DNA of 64,000 nt from the human T2T-CHM13v2.0 reference genome, Homo sapiens. Below, in pieces: positions 24,881-37,895 of this stretch. The stretch is taken from assembly GCF_009914755.1 (NCBI RefSeq), contig NC_060930.1; one strand, 5' to 3'. The notes beneath the pieces are model-generated. The model made no database searches. It saw only the letters and a program-made list of their open reading frames with translations, and was not told the origin of the DNA. Numbering within the stretch: position 1 is the first letter of the stretch; every line of letters begins with the position of its first letter. A program made the translations under genes and the position numbers.

Positions 24881-27446
24881 TGAAACCCGTTCTTGCACAT
24901 GTTGGTAAATGTTTAATAACTGGCTCTCTGAGAAAAAAAAAAGGAAGAAAACAAAAGCCTTTTTAATGGTGTTTACTGATTTCTGTGATGTAAATATGGC
25001 AAAGTTCAAGCTATCAATATGATGTCACTAAAACCAGGATTGAGAAGTGATGCACCATTTTTTCTCACAAGCTGGTGTGAAGAAGACCTGGCAGTGACAG
25101 ATACTAAAATGACAGAGGATTGTATGGGACAGTGTGGCAAGTCCCGCGGCTGAGAGGCCATATGGTCATGAAAGCACGGCTCTGTAGGTCACCACTGCTC
25201 TGTCTGGTGGCTCAGCTTCCTCGTCAACCATGGTAGTAGGAGCATGAGATGGTTGAGTTCTGAGGGGAAGTATGGAGGAAGAGGAAAGTCCCCTGAGTTA
25301 TTTTGTTTGCCAAGCAAAATATAAATTAAGAAGCTTGCATGCAGCATGGGCAGTTAGCTGTAGATCCATTGGATGGAATTTTCTACAACCTTAGGATGGA
25401 TAGAAGCTAATGACGGTCTAGGTGTGCCCTCTATTCAATATTCTTTGACTGAAATTGAATTGATATAGGAGCAGCGTGTTGGTTTAGAATGAAATAGGAC
25501 ATTTCATAAGCCAGCCAAAATGCAAAAAGCAGACAGGAAAACCAAGCAGGACAGGAAAAACATCCCTTGAAACATGAGCCAGGGAGGGTTAGGTTTGAAA
25601 TGACAAAAGATCTGAGCTCCAGAGAGTCCGAGTATTACATTCTGAACCAATTACTGACAGAAGTCATGAGGCTATGGACCTGGGGAAGGACAACCATGGG
25701 TAATGGAAGCAGGTGGCTTAGAAAAAAAAAGCACCTTTCCTCTAGGCACACTCCTGGGTAATCTGGTGTGTTTGGAACATGTATGAGCCTGAGACTGAGC
25801 TATCAGGACACAGGCCATGGTGAGCCAGCTGGGGTGTGCCAGGTGCATGTGGATCATGCATTCCCCTATTGAGTTACAACATCCTGTGGGTTCATACCAG
25901 CCTCACAGTGCTCCTTGCACAACCTGCTGTTCAGGGAGCTTTCCGTAAGGGCAGGTGCTTCCTCACAATGAAGGGCATGGACACCTGCTGCACTATGCAA
26001 TAGTAGTGAGGATGGGAGGAGCATGGAGAAGCCAAATATGTAGGAAAGGCATCCTCTTCTTAACTCAGACTGCTGAGTCCCTAATTACCAGCTGCAGACC
26101 ACCAATAAGGGTAATTCCGGGTTAAGGATGAAGAAGAGATGTCATGATGAGTTAGAAAATCTCTTGACTCAATGTGGGAGGCTGGGTGGCATTCTCTGCC
26201 AGGGGCCTGCATTCTTAGCGCCACTCTGCCCTGGCTAATCCTGCTACTAGGGCAAGTCTCTTCAGTCTTGAGGCTTTATCTTCCATATTAACAAAATGGT
26301 GATGGTGGTAGTCCTAGCTGGTTTGCAAGTTCCTGTCTAATTGCTTAATTCTCTTTTTCACCAAGGCAAGTGCCAAGACTGGCTTCTGAGGAGTACAGGG
26401 GTGGCCTAGGACCCAAACTAGCCTATTTGGTAATGCAGATGTGATTCATTAGCATCACCACCTCCATCACACAGCATTTGCCATTCTTTTGTTAGATCCA
26501 GTGCAGAATGCCCTGTGTATTTTGTCCATAGTGTTTCCAGCCTAGCCTGGGAAGTCGATACACGGCATTCACATTCTGTTTGCCATAACATGTGCCAATG
26601 GCATATGTTGTGAAATAATTCCTGGTTCCTCACTGTATCTGGATTAGGTGTCAGGATGCTTAATTTCATTGCAGGTGGAGCACCATGCCTGGACATAGTG
26701 GCCATGCTTTTATATTTGGACTGGACAAAAGGGATCTTGATAAGAGTTTAGCCTTGGAAGGACTCCTACAGAGAGCATCTATGACCCCCAAAGACAGATT
26801 TCAGGCCTACTAAAAGTCTCTTTCTCATGAGACACTTACCCATTGATCAAATGACTTCTCATTCATGGTGTTATCAGTCCTGTTACAATGTTGTTTAACC
26901 TGTAACATGGATATAATATCTGCCCTGCCTTCATTTTAGGATTCTAGGGAAGTGCTTGGAAGAGCACCAAGTGCAATGCAACTATAGGGTTATTAATAAT
27001 GTTGCTATTATACATTTTGATTGATGAGATTTTGACAATGGGAAGCCCCCTCTCTCCCCACTCTGGCCACAGGACCTGTTCCTAAACGTACATCTCAGTC
27101 CACACTCCAAAGACATTTCTTGGAAACGCTTCTCATTGTGGTTCATTCTATAAAAAAGTGCTCCGGCTCCAAGTGGGCATGAAAGTTCATCACAACATTT
27201 GCCATCAATAAAAACCCAATTCTTTCCATGTGAAAAGCATTACTGCTGTCAAATGGTTATTGAGTGATGATACCTGAATAATGGGAATATAGGAACCGGA
27301 AAATATACAAAGGGAAACCTCACTGGGATGCCAAATTGTAAAGACAGAAATGCGAATATCTGAGGGAAATTAGTTAAGCAGAGCACAGCACACATGCCTT
27401 CACCAAGGAGGGAAGATGAGCAGGCAGGATCGGTGGAAGGTAGAGA

Positions 27447-27597
27447 GAAGAAGTGCTGGGTTGAGCATGGCTTTATCCACTTCCTGGTGGGCCTGGGGCA
27501 AGTCGCTGAGCTATATTCAGGCCCAGTTACATTGTCTGTTAAATGGGAATGATTCTTCCCTCATGGATGTGTGTGAGAAACAGATGGTATCAAATGG
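27447..27597 (+). repeat. 151-bp local duplication, copy 1 (MIR-derived)
   Basis: 149/151 identical to 28073-28223. Confidence 0.95.
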
Positions 27598-28072
27598 TGG
27601 AAATGAGAGCATCAACAATGCCCTTTTGATACGTCACAGAAGACGGTAACTATGACAGCCCATAGACCACGCCCACTTTACGGCCAGCCCTCTCAGTCCA
27701 GGAACTTGTTGAAAGTTATCGTCTCAAAAATTCTGTCACAATAGCTGGTGCCTTTGCAATTAAGCTCCTTTGGTCACACAGGACCCCTGGAGCTCATTTG
27801 AGACACTTCCACGCCTAAGGGTCAGAAGCTGGTCCAGAACACCAAGGGAGCAGCCTCTTTTGGCAACCCACCTGGCTGCCTGTGAGGCTTCCTGGCCGGG
27901 ATGCCCTGCTGCCTCCTCTTGAAATGCAGCTCTGCCCTCTGCTACTTCAGCTCCTGGCCACCTTCCAGTTCAGCTGCACATGCTCACATGTTACCAGCCC
28001 ACTCCTGTGCCATTCTTGGCTGACCAGAAGGAATCAGCGCGGGTCAGTGTGGCAGACAAAGAATAAGGCTTT

Positions 28073-28223
28073 GAAGAAGTGCTGGGTTGAGCACGGCTTT
28101 ATCCACTTCCTGGTGGGCCTGGGGCAAGTCGCTGAGCTATATTCAGCCCCAGTTACATTGTCTGTTAAATGGGAATGATTCTTCCCTCATGGATGTGTGT
28201 GAGAAACAGATGGTATCAAATGG
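28073..28223 (+). repeat. 151-bp local duplication, copy 2 (MIR-derived)
   Basis: 149/151 identical to 27447-27597; GCCTGGGGCAAGTCGCT...CAGTTACATTGTCTGTTAAATGGGAATGAT is a decayed MIR core. Confidence 0.95.
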
Positions 28224-28265
28224 CTAGTCCCCTGTGTATACAGCTATACCCACGTGAAGTGTTGG

Positions 28266-28391
28266 TAGAGTGCTCATACTCCGGTTTGCTGGAACACTCT
28301 GTTTAGGACAGTTATCCCGATGAAATCAGTAAACAGGCCCCATTTTATTCTCAAAAGTGTCCTGGGTTGGGTAATAAATTATATCACCCTG
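28266..28391. mobile_element. MER94-like hAT-Blackjack element
   Basis: TCCGGTTTGC...CTCAAAAGTGTCCTGGGTTGGGTAATAAATTATATCACCCT. Confidence 0.7.
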
Positions 28392-29974
28392 GGTATTGTG
28401 ATATCTGGAGGGAGTAAATGAGGCTGGGAACTTTCCCCAAAGATGTTCAGATCCTTAGAATTCCAGTCCCTTCCTCCTCTTTTGGAGCACAGAACTTCGC
28501 ATCCTTCAGTCTTGATTCACTTTCAAAATAATAATTCTTCAGTTAGTCCATTAAAAGAAATAACAGCCCCGTTTTAATTTCAGCAACGGCCTTGGAATGA
28601 AAAGACTACTAATTACTCCAATTAACCAAGCACATTAAGTGCACATGTTCAAACGCATATTAAGATACCATCTATCTCGGTCCTGAAGTTCTCGAGATGC
28701 TGGAATGCATAAACATTCAGTGGAAGAATTGTGACTGCAGAGAAAACACAAACAGAGCAGGCTGTTTGTTTGTGTGACTGCCTACTTGTGGAGAAATAAC
28801 CAAGAGATGTGGAAAGACATGAGGGCTTCTCCCCAGTTTATGTTTGTAATTATTGCCCAGAGGAGACAGAACAAAGAGCTTTCTATTTATAGCCAAAGTC
28901 TAAAGGGGGTTGGGAGGGTGGGAGGAGGAAGCTTAGTCATGAGAAAACACAATTTACTATTGGCATTAATAAAATTATATAAAACTGTAGTTTATCAAAA
29001 GAACAAACTGTCTTCAGGGAAAATAAATAACTCCTTCCATTTCCTGACTCTGTATACAAGGTTATTAACTACCACTGTCCTTACCAGTGAGAGTAGAGTG
29101 GAAGTCGGCTAATGCCATGGGAACGGACGGGCTTCCTGTGGAAGCTAAGTCTGGAGCAGCGCAGGCACAAAAGCTTCAGGGCTGGTCGTGTCTGAGTACC
29201 TGTAACCAGCAAAGCCAGTGAAGGCCGCATTTCTTTAGGCACACTTCTAGCTCTCTGGTTGTTTCTCAGAGCTCAGACCTTGGGAAATGCTATGAAGGAG
29301 CACAGAAGAAGCTCAAGAACAGTGCTGGCTACTCGTAAAGGATTCTGGTTGATAATATGCAGGTAGCCTCAAGGTTCAGAATCCCATCTTGCTTGAGAAG
29401 AGACCAAAGGGGTGGAAGACGCCACAGTGGTGGCCTCCTCCATGTGGAGGAGCTGCTTTCCCAGCTCCAGGAGACAGTACCTGCGTCACATTATGGTTTG
29501 TTCTCTCTCTTTCCTTCCCTTTCTCTCCCATCTCTTTTTCTTTCTCCTTTTCCCTTTCTCCCACTTGTTCATCCACTCTTCAATGATTTATGCAGCACAT
29601 ATTCATTATTCATTATTTATGCAGCAAATATTTTGTTTTTTAGAACTAAAATGTTTGACCTATGCTCAATGCAGTGAGCACAAGGGAGCACATTTCTTGC
29701 CTTCAAGATCTTACAGCTTCACTGCAGAGACAAGTCTTTCCCTTCTGACATCTTTATTTTGATCACTGATAAAGTAATTTCCATAATAGGCCAGGCTTTA
29801 ACATTCTAATTCCTGAAGATTCCATTTCTTTCATCCCCTCTCTTCAGTCCTATTGATTCTACTTCTCCTCTATTTTTTCTCTCTCTCTTCTTTCCTTTAC
29901 ATTTCCACTAGCATTTCTACAGAAATGGAAGGGTTTTCTTTATCTTCACTTTTTACAAAATTAATTTTTAAAAA

Positions 29975-30145
29975 TAAGTATTGAATTATTAGATTGGCCA
30001 ATCACTGTGCCAGGTAATTTCTATATTATCATCCCATTGAAGCCACCCAACAAACCTTTAGAAGTCTGTTACTGCCATCCCCATTTTACAGATGAGGAAA
30101 CTAAATCTCAGAGAGGCTAAGTGACTTACGTAGGCCACACAAGTG
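29975..30145 (-). mobile_element. MIR SINE
   Basis: ATCCCCATTTTACAGATGAGGAAACTAAATCTCAGAGAGGCTAAGTGACTT. Confidence 0.85.
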
Positions 30146-30963
30146 GAGCTCTAGAAGGCCTAGGGAATGGCCAGTTTGGATACCATTCTACAGGTTGTGA
30201 AAATGATTATAAAGTTGCCTCCATTTCCAGGTAACTGATTCCTTGCCTTTTGGTTGCTTAAGATCTTGTATCTAACCACTGGACAATGTGACTCCAGGAA
30301 GTTCCTGGTCTAGGGCACAGAGGGTACACTTGGCAGCCCCATTCGAGAACCCATGGCATGGTTGGAGTACTTCTCCATCCCTTCCAACAATTTATCTGAA
30401 GGTCCAGAGCCTCTAATGTTGTGGACTGGAATTAGGGAGGGTCCTTGGAGGACATGCAAAAGAGGATTTTTTTTCATTCTAATCAAATTGACTTGTGTTT
30501 TAGGAGGCTCTCAAGACCGTAGTGGTGCTTCATCCTCTGTTATGCCTAGCAAGGGAAGATATGGAAGATATCGGGGAGGGGTTCACTATTCTGTATGAAT
30601 GCTCCAGAATGTCCAGTAAGTGAGTCTTCTGCAGAAGCAGAGTAGAGCAGGCACTGTTATCATCATTAAGTCACTTTTGCCTCTTCCTTCAGTTTCACTC
30701 AATTGTTCTTCCTATGACTGACCTGCAAGAACAAGAATAGTGAAGAAGTTCTGTTGCTTCTTTTAGATTTATCCATTCCTTCTATCTTGCATTTATGACA
30801 CTGTCCCAGACAATTATTTTAGTTGTTTTGATTTGTTTCTCTGGTTCTAGTTTTTGTCTCTTGATCTCTAAATCCATCTTGTTCTCTACTTCCCACATAA
30901 TATTTTATTCTCAAGCCCTTCCTGACTAAAAAATCTACAGTATCCCATTGCCTATTTTTAAGA

Positions 30964-31221
30964 TTTTTTTTTTTTTTTAAGACAGGGTCTCACTCTGTGT
31001 CTTAGGCTGCAGTACATTGGTGTGATTACAGCTCACTGCAGACTTAAACTCTTGGGCTCAAGTGATCCTCCCGCCTCAGCCTCCTAAGAAGCTGAGATTA
31101 TGGGCATGCACCACCACACCAATAGGTTTTGCTATGTTGCCCAGGATGGTTTTGAACTCCTGGCCTCAAGCAATCCTCTCACCAGTGTTGAGATTATAGG
31201 CGTGAGTCACCACAGCCCGAG
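30964..31221 (-). mobile_element. AluJ lacking the central A-rich linker (internal deletion)
   Basis: CACCACCACACC joins AATAGGTTTTGCTATGTTGCCCAGG with no TAATTTTTGTATTTTT segment. Confidence 0.9.
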
Positions 31222-31310
31222 TTTTTTGTTGTTGTTGTTAATTGTAAAAAAGTAAACTTACTTATTGTCCCAAATTCAAACAATACATAAATATATAAAG
31301 GAAACTATCT

Positions 31311-31380
31311 CATATATATGCATACATACATACATATATATATATATACACACACACACACATACACACACACACACACA
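31311..31380. repeat. (TA)n(CA)n microsatellite
   Basis: Directly visible. Confidence 0.95.
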
Positions 31381-31767
31381 CAGTCATGCACTGCAAAATG
31401 ATGTTTTAGTCAATGAAGAACTGCATATACAACAGTGGTCCCCTAAGGTTACAATGGAGCTAAAGAATTTCTATCACCTAGTGAGGTCTTAGCCATGATA
31501 ACGTCATAGTGCAACACATTATCTTTTCTATGTTTAGATACACAAATACTTACCTTTATGCTATAATTTCCTGTAGTATTTAGTACAATAACATGCCATA
31601 TATGTCTGTAGCCTAGGAGCAATAGGCTATGCCATATAGCTTAGATGTGTAGTAGGCTAGTCCATCTAGGTTTGTGTAAGTACACTCTATGATGTTCACA
31701 CAATGAAGAAATCACCTAATGATGCATTTGTTAGAACATATCCACATTGTTAAACAATGCATAACAG
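31381..31767 (-). mobile_element. Tigger3-family non-autonomous TcMar element
   Basis: TIR CAGTCATGC..., internal TAGCCTAGGAGCAATAGGCTAT and CCATCTAGGTTTGTGTAAGTACACTCTATGATGTTC, TA after the right end. Confidence 0.9.
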
Positions 31768-32094
31768 TATGTGTGTGTGTGTGTGCATATATAAAAATAT
31801 ATATATTCAAACCAAAGAATTGTTCCCTATTTTTTCTTCTTTGTTAACTTTAAATATTTTATCCTTGTAATTCATCAATATGCTAAATGAAAGTTCATTC
31901 AAACAATAATAAGAAGTCTTACAATGAAAAGCAGCAATCTCCTGCTCCATGCTTCAACAGCACAGCTTTGAAGTCAAAGGCCTCAGCTAAACTTTGAAAG
32001 CACTATGTGACTTGGTGCTGCTTGGGTTACCTTTTGAACCTTTTCCCCACTTCTCAACTTGGACTAACAACTCCCTCCAGGTCAGGCGCTTGTC

Positions 32095-33990
32095 TGATTG
32101 TCATTCTTTTAAGTGGAGAGTTTAGGCCATTTATATCATTTGTAATAGCCAAACTGTTTAGATTCATTTCTACCATCTTATTTTGTACTTTATAGTAATA
32201 TTTACCTTTTTTTCTATATGTTTTTTTTTTCTCCTTTGCTTCCTTGTTTTGGATTGATTGGTTTTATTCACTCAACTCTGAATTCCATTTTTCCCCTCTA
32301 TTCCACCCTAAAAATTTTAATATGCAACTTTAACATAATTTAATTGAAAGCTAATTAATATAAGCTTTTTCTGAACAATACAAGAAACAAAGAACTCTTG
32401 AAATCTAAGTATTCATCTCTAAATTTTACATGAAGTTATCCAGATTTTAATTATCTCTTGATTTTTAAAGATTCATAAATTAGACATTGTTGTTTGGTAC
32501 ATATAAGTGTTTGTTTAGATTTATCCACATGTTTACTTTTATCTTTGTCATTGACTCACTTGCAATGCAGATCTACCTTCTGGGATGATTTCTTTCTAAA
32601 ATGAATGTCCTTTAGATGTTTCTACAATGACAATATTCTGTTAATAAAGTCTCTCAATTTGTGATAGTTTGAAATTGTGTTTCTTTGACCATCCCTCTTT
32701 TTTTTTTTTTTTAAAGGAAAGATAGCTTTCTTTGTTTAGAATTCTAGATAGCTATTTGACATTAGTTGGTTGATCTGAAGTCATTCAATTTTCCCTGCTG
32801 GTCTTGAGAGCTCAGCTATGACCTGATCATTCTTTTTCAGACAATCTACCTGTTCTCTCTGATTGCTTTTAAGGTCTCTTTGTCTTTGTTGTTCTGCAGC
32901 TTCACTATGGTATATCTAGGCAGGGATTTCTTCGGTATTCTCTAGGCTTTCTCAATTTGTGCACTGGTGTCTTTCATTAACTCTGGACAATTCTTAGCTA
33001 TTATCTCTTTTAATATTGCTTCTCCCCATTCTCTTTATTGCTTCCTATAAAACATTCTCAAATTATTCTTTACATTTTCTCACCATTTTTCACATTTCTC
33101 ATTGCTTTTTTTACTACTAGATTCTGTGTAATCTCTTCAGTATTAAAGTTCATTGATTTTAATGTTTACCCTATTTATTTAAATTATTTCATTTATTACA
33201 TTTTTAATTTCTAAATTTCTGTTTGGTACTTTTCAAATGTGGCTAATTTTGATAGTCTCTTTTACCTTTCACATAGTTTCAATCTCCTCTCATATTTATA
33301 AACCTATTAAACATACTAATTGTATATTCTATATTTGAATAATTCCAGTATCTGTGGTCTTTGAAGGTCTGATTGTAGAGTTTATTGTTTCTGCTGACTT
33401 TCACTCAGAGTTGTTTATTTACTTTTTATTACTGATTTTTTTTCTACAGAGCTCATTTTCTTTGTAACTTAATAATATGTAGTAATTCTTTGAGGCTCCA
33501 TTTATCACCAACTTGGAATCAATTTAACTTTGTAGAGTTTTATTTTAGCCACATTTGTTGTGTATATTCAGGCCCAAAGTTATAAACCTACACATCTGTA
33601 GTTAGAAATAGGGAGGGGGAACTTTTTCTTTTTCTTTCTTTGTTTTTTTTTTTTTTTTCTACTCAGAGTCAAGACCAAGCCAGTCATGTATCTCCACCTT
33701 GTTCTGTGGGATAGATGTTTTTTTAGCTCCGTCAATGGAGTGTTGCCTTTCCATGATATTGGCTTATTTGTGGGTCTCCATTCTGATATTTCACTCACCT
33801 TGAGCTTCAGATTTTTTTCTCTCATGTGCAGGAAATGCTGACTCCATCACTTGATGATGACTCTGGATTTGGGCATTCTGATCATTCATGGGGCCCAAGG
33901 AATTACTTTCTAGATAGATCTGTCATACATTTAAAATTTTTTTTATATTTTTCCTAGTATAGTGAGGGATTTTTCTTAAAATCATGTCTA
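32095..33990 (-). mobile_element. Very old L1/HAL1-like fragment (ORF1/5' region, antisense)
   Basis: T-rich; GAGTTTAGGCCATTTATAT, TTCTGCAGCTTCACTATGGTATATCTAGG and TTCTTAGCTATTATCTCTTTTAATATTGC are typical antisense L1M motifs. Confidence 0.7.
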
Positions 33991-36574
33991 CTCTATTGTC
34001 AAAAAGGTAAGACCTCACTTTTTTGCATATTGGGTAAATTATGTCTCTGAACTTTCATTTATTTCCTCAGTAAGGTGAAAAAACACATATCATTAAGATT
34101 TTTGTGAGGATTAAATAAAAGACTGGATATAAATGCCTTCCATGTAGACATTTAATAAATGATGATTGTTACTATTACTGCTGCCACTATTCTACTATCA
34201 ATATTAGTACAACCTATTACTAACAACACAAAAGAGCCTGTTCTTCCATGGAGAATCAAATAACTATCCAATTAAAACAAAAATAGTTAATTTTTAAAAT
34301 AGTTAAGATTTAAGCTTTCTAAACATATTTTTCATGTGTATTATGTTGGGGAGGGTCTTTTGTTTTTAAACACTACCCCTTGAGTAGTTAATAATAACAG
34401 ACATGGGCCTGTACTCTGAGCTATATCTTTGATAGTGGTATGTGTGTGGGCTAGAAGTTGGGCTCCAGTCAATAACCAACACCAGAGTCCATAGTGGAAA
34501 CACTTCCGTTCTGTGCAGCATGGGTGGGCAAGCTGAAAGAACACCACTTATTGGAAGAAAGGTGCTACACATATACAATGAGGTGTTATATTTATTATTA
34601 TTTCTATTTTAAATTATCCATTGAAGAAAGAAGACATGGAGAGAATTTTTAGTGAGGTCCAGGGTCAAATTGGGTTCAGAAGCCCAAAGGGGAACATGGT
34701 AGTTTTCTGACTGGGATGCATGTGACCTTGGGCAGGTCAACTAACCTCTCCCAGCTTCATTCCCCTCATGGGTAAAGCAGAAGAGTGGGACTGTGTAGTT
34801 TTAGGGAACTTGTACATCTAAATTCTATGATTCTCATCTTTTATTCTCATCCATATCCCCTGGACTCCCTAGTTCACTGACTTCTAGGACCCATAATTAT
34901 GACTATGTGAAAGAATACTCTTTAATCCAGCGATGCATTCCCAGAGTGACATGTGCTCTAATGTGAGAAACAGTAATGAGAGCTACAGTAGAAACAGAAT
35001 CCTTCAGTGGCTTTGGCCTCCCCAACTTGATGAGATGCTCATTCATCTCGGGTGTGTGGTTGGAACATGAGTGGGTACAAAAAAGGTGCCAAAATTGCTG
35101 CCTGAGGAAGGAAGTAGTTGGAATTGATACCCTGTGAGTGGGGTTAGCTATGTGCAAAAGTAGACCACACCTAGAAACAGGGTATAGTTGTGTTTCTAAG
35201 AAGACTCAAGAAGCAACTTGATCCTGTCAGGGGACTGGGCCATATCCCTCAGCCTGGAGTGCAGGGGGTGAAATGTACAGCACTGGTACACGAAGGAGGA
35301 AATGGCTGAAGTGCAGTGGTCTCTTTGGAGTGGCTTGGAAGCAAAGGCATATTTCTGTTGATGGGACATATTAGGAAAGGACAGTGATGTTAGAGATAGT
35401 TAGAATGAGGCTCAAAGCATGGCTTTTGGAGCCTCTCATCTCTAACTGGAGGCCAAAAGCAGTGGCATGGGGGCTGTTCTGTCATTGTTTCCCAAACTTC
35501 AGTCATTTGGATGCCACAGTTAAGATGTTTGCTGTATCCACCTGCTCTATTATTTCTTTAACATTTGTATTGAAGTTGATTTGTTTTTATTGAAATGTTT
35601 ATTTTAAAAGGAAGCTTTCTATCATTATCAGAAAAAAACCAGTATCACTTGCCATAATTAGAAGACAATCATCCTGTCTCCCCCCCGCACACCATGAAAA
35701 TAAAGCAATGTCATGAAGTCCTAACGAGGTTATCTTACCTGTAGAAGGCTGTGGGCCTGAGGATTGCTCCTTTCCTGTTAAAGGGAAGATTAGAAAGTGT
35801 TGGACTCACCAGCACACCCAGACTTTCTTCTTGGAGTAGTAAGAAAGACTGACAGATCATAGTAATGGGTAAAATTTGTTGAGTCTCTTTTTACATATCC
35901 TCCCATTGACACCTCCAGATTTTATGAGACCAGTGATTCTATCATTTCCATTTGTTTTCTAGCTGAGGACATCAAGTCTGAGAGAATAAACCACTTGCTC
36001 AGAGCACCCAAGCTAGCTAGGGGTGTAGACAATGGGAAGCGAAGAAATTTGACTCCAGACCTGGAGTTCTTCAGCACAGGACTATATCTTCTCTTACGTG
36101 TCAGTCTGTGCTATTGAATGCTTTGACTTCATGGCCTCTGAGAGCATCTCAAGTGCCTCCTACAAGCATTTGCTGTATCAGGAGTTTCAGGAATCTTACC
36201 TGAAGGTGCTTAATAAGGATTGGTCTCTTCTCCTCCCCACAACCCTCCTGTTCATGGGACAGACCATCCTGAGCCTTGGTTCCAGTATTCAAGGATGCTG
36301 GAAGAGAGGTGGCCACTTCATCTCAAAACACTCGTCCTTGTCCTCTGACAATCCCAGAATTTCCAGGCAACCTTCCAATGGTGACCTGCTTTCCACAGTG
36401 GGCTTTCCAACTGGGGTGAGAATGAACCCATCAACTGATAGTAACGCTTGATTTTTGGTTCACAGATGTACCTTAGTGATGGGTACAGGGCCCTCTATCA
36501 ATATTTACTGAATGAGTGAGTAAATGTTTGGCAGTTATATTTCTAAAACTAACAATGAGATTAATAATAAAATG

Positions 36575-36730
36575 GCTACTTTATGAAGCTCCCATGCTAC
36601 ACCTGACTTGGTCTTAAATGTCCCTCCTGTGTTATTTCCTCAAACAACCCTATGAAGTAGGTGCTGTTGTCCTCTTTTACAGATGAGGTTGGAAACTGAA
36701 GAGCTAAGTAACTGTTTGATCCAAAGCCTG
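36575..36730 (-). mobile_element. MIR SINE
   Basis: CCTCAAACAACCCTATGAAGTAGGTG...TTTTACAGATGAGG. Confidence 0.75.
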
Positions 36731-36799
36731 TGGGTGCTCCCAACTCTTGCTTATGCTGCTCCCATCAGAATTGCCCACATGGCTCTGAGTTCTGATGGA

Positions 36800-36968
36800 T
36801 TTGGTTAATGATGGTCAGGCCCTTTGAGCACCACCTCTGACTTTACTAACAAGCTGAGTCTCGTTTCCGTCGGCCCCAGTTTCTTCATCTACAAACAGAA
36901 TATTACTGAAGAGAGCACATGAATGCACTTGGTACATGGCCAGCATTCAATAAAAGGCATTTCTTATT
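36800..36968 (+). mobile_element. MIR SINE
   Basis: CAGTTTCTTCATCTACAAA...TTGGTACATGGCCAGCATTCAATAAA. Confidence 0.6.
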
Positions 36969-37817
36969 ATGGGGAGGAAGCAAAGAGGAACCGCATGGGG
37001 AAAGAGAAGCCACTTCAGGAGGATAATGGAGATGGCAGCAACGTTCTTTCTGTTTTTTGGTAACTATGGTGAAGGTGTCAGACAAGGCCTCCAAATGCCA
37101 ATTTCCCCCTTTCTCAGAAATGCCCCAGAGAGCAAACTCTCCCACCCCAAGTTCCCCCAGAATGAGTATTCAGCACCCTTAGTTGTTGGATACACATCCT
37201 CCTGGGCCATGTGGCCCCCCTGCTGCCCGTTGCAGAAACAGCCTGCTGCAGCTGTGGCATTGCAGGAAGTTAATCCCCTCACTCAGGGCGGAGACCAGAG
37301 ATGGGTGGAACACCCGAGAAGCACAGGCAACGGTGGTGATAATGAAGAGCGTGTGCGAGGCTGGGGGGGCCACCAGGGAGGGGCGGGAGGGCCCCCTGGA
37401 GGGTGCAGGGAGGAAAGGGTGCTGAAGCCTCTAGTTAGCTGAGCTCAGCCCCTCCAGCCTGGACACTGGCAGGGTACAGTCCTTCCCAGGGCAGTGTCAG
37501 CAACTTGACCCTGGCACCCGAAGATCCCTTCCACCATGGAGTGTGAGGTCTGAATTTGAGAAAGACTCTGTTAATGTGATGTGGTCTCTTGTCTTTATCC
37601 ATCCTCATTACCCCACACCCCCGCCCCTTTTCAATCACTGTATCAACCCTCAGTTGCCTGTTTACTTGGTTTTGTGGTTTTTCACTTAGATGTGGTTAGA
37701 GAAAGGTGGGGTCAGAGGACAGGTTCTCCACCCCGCTCCTTCACCCCCACCCAAGTGTTCTACTTGGTCTCAGAGAGCAGAACATGACACTCTTGGCACA
37801 GCAGATAGATAGGGAAA

Positions 37818-37895
37818 TTCTGATTCAGTTTCTCTGGGGTGGGGTCCACGTGTAGGTATGTGCTCTAAGCTCCCAGGTGATCGAGAGCCACTGCT
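37818..37895. mobile_element. MER5-type hAT-Charlie fragment
   Basis: ATTCTGATTCAGTTTCTCTGGGGTGGGG...AAGCTCCCAGGTGAT..GAGAGCCACTG. Confidence 0.65.

Noticed and set aside
36969-37442. 157-aa ATG-initiated ORF in unique GC-rich DNA
   Set aside because: No recognisable domain, splice context or promoter; ORFs in several overlapping frames reflect GC richness. Ribo-seq evidence would be needed to revive it.
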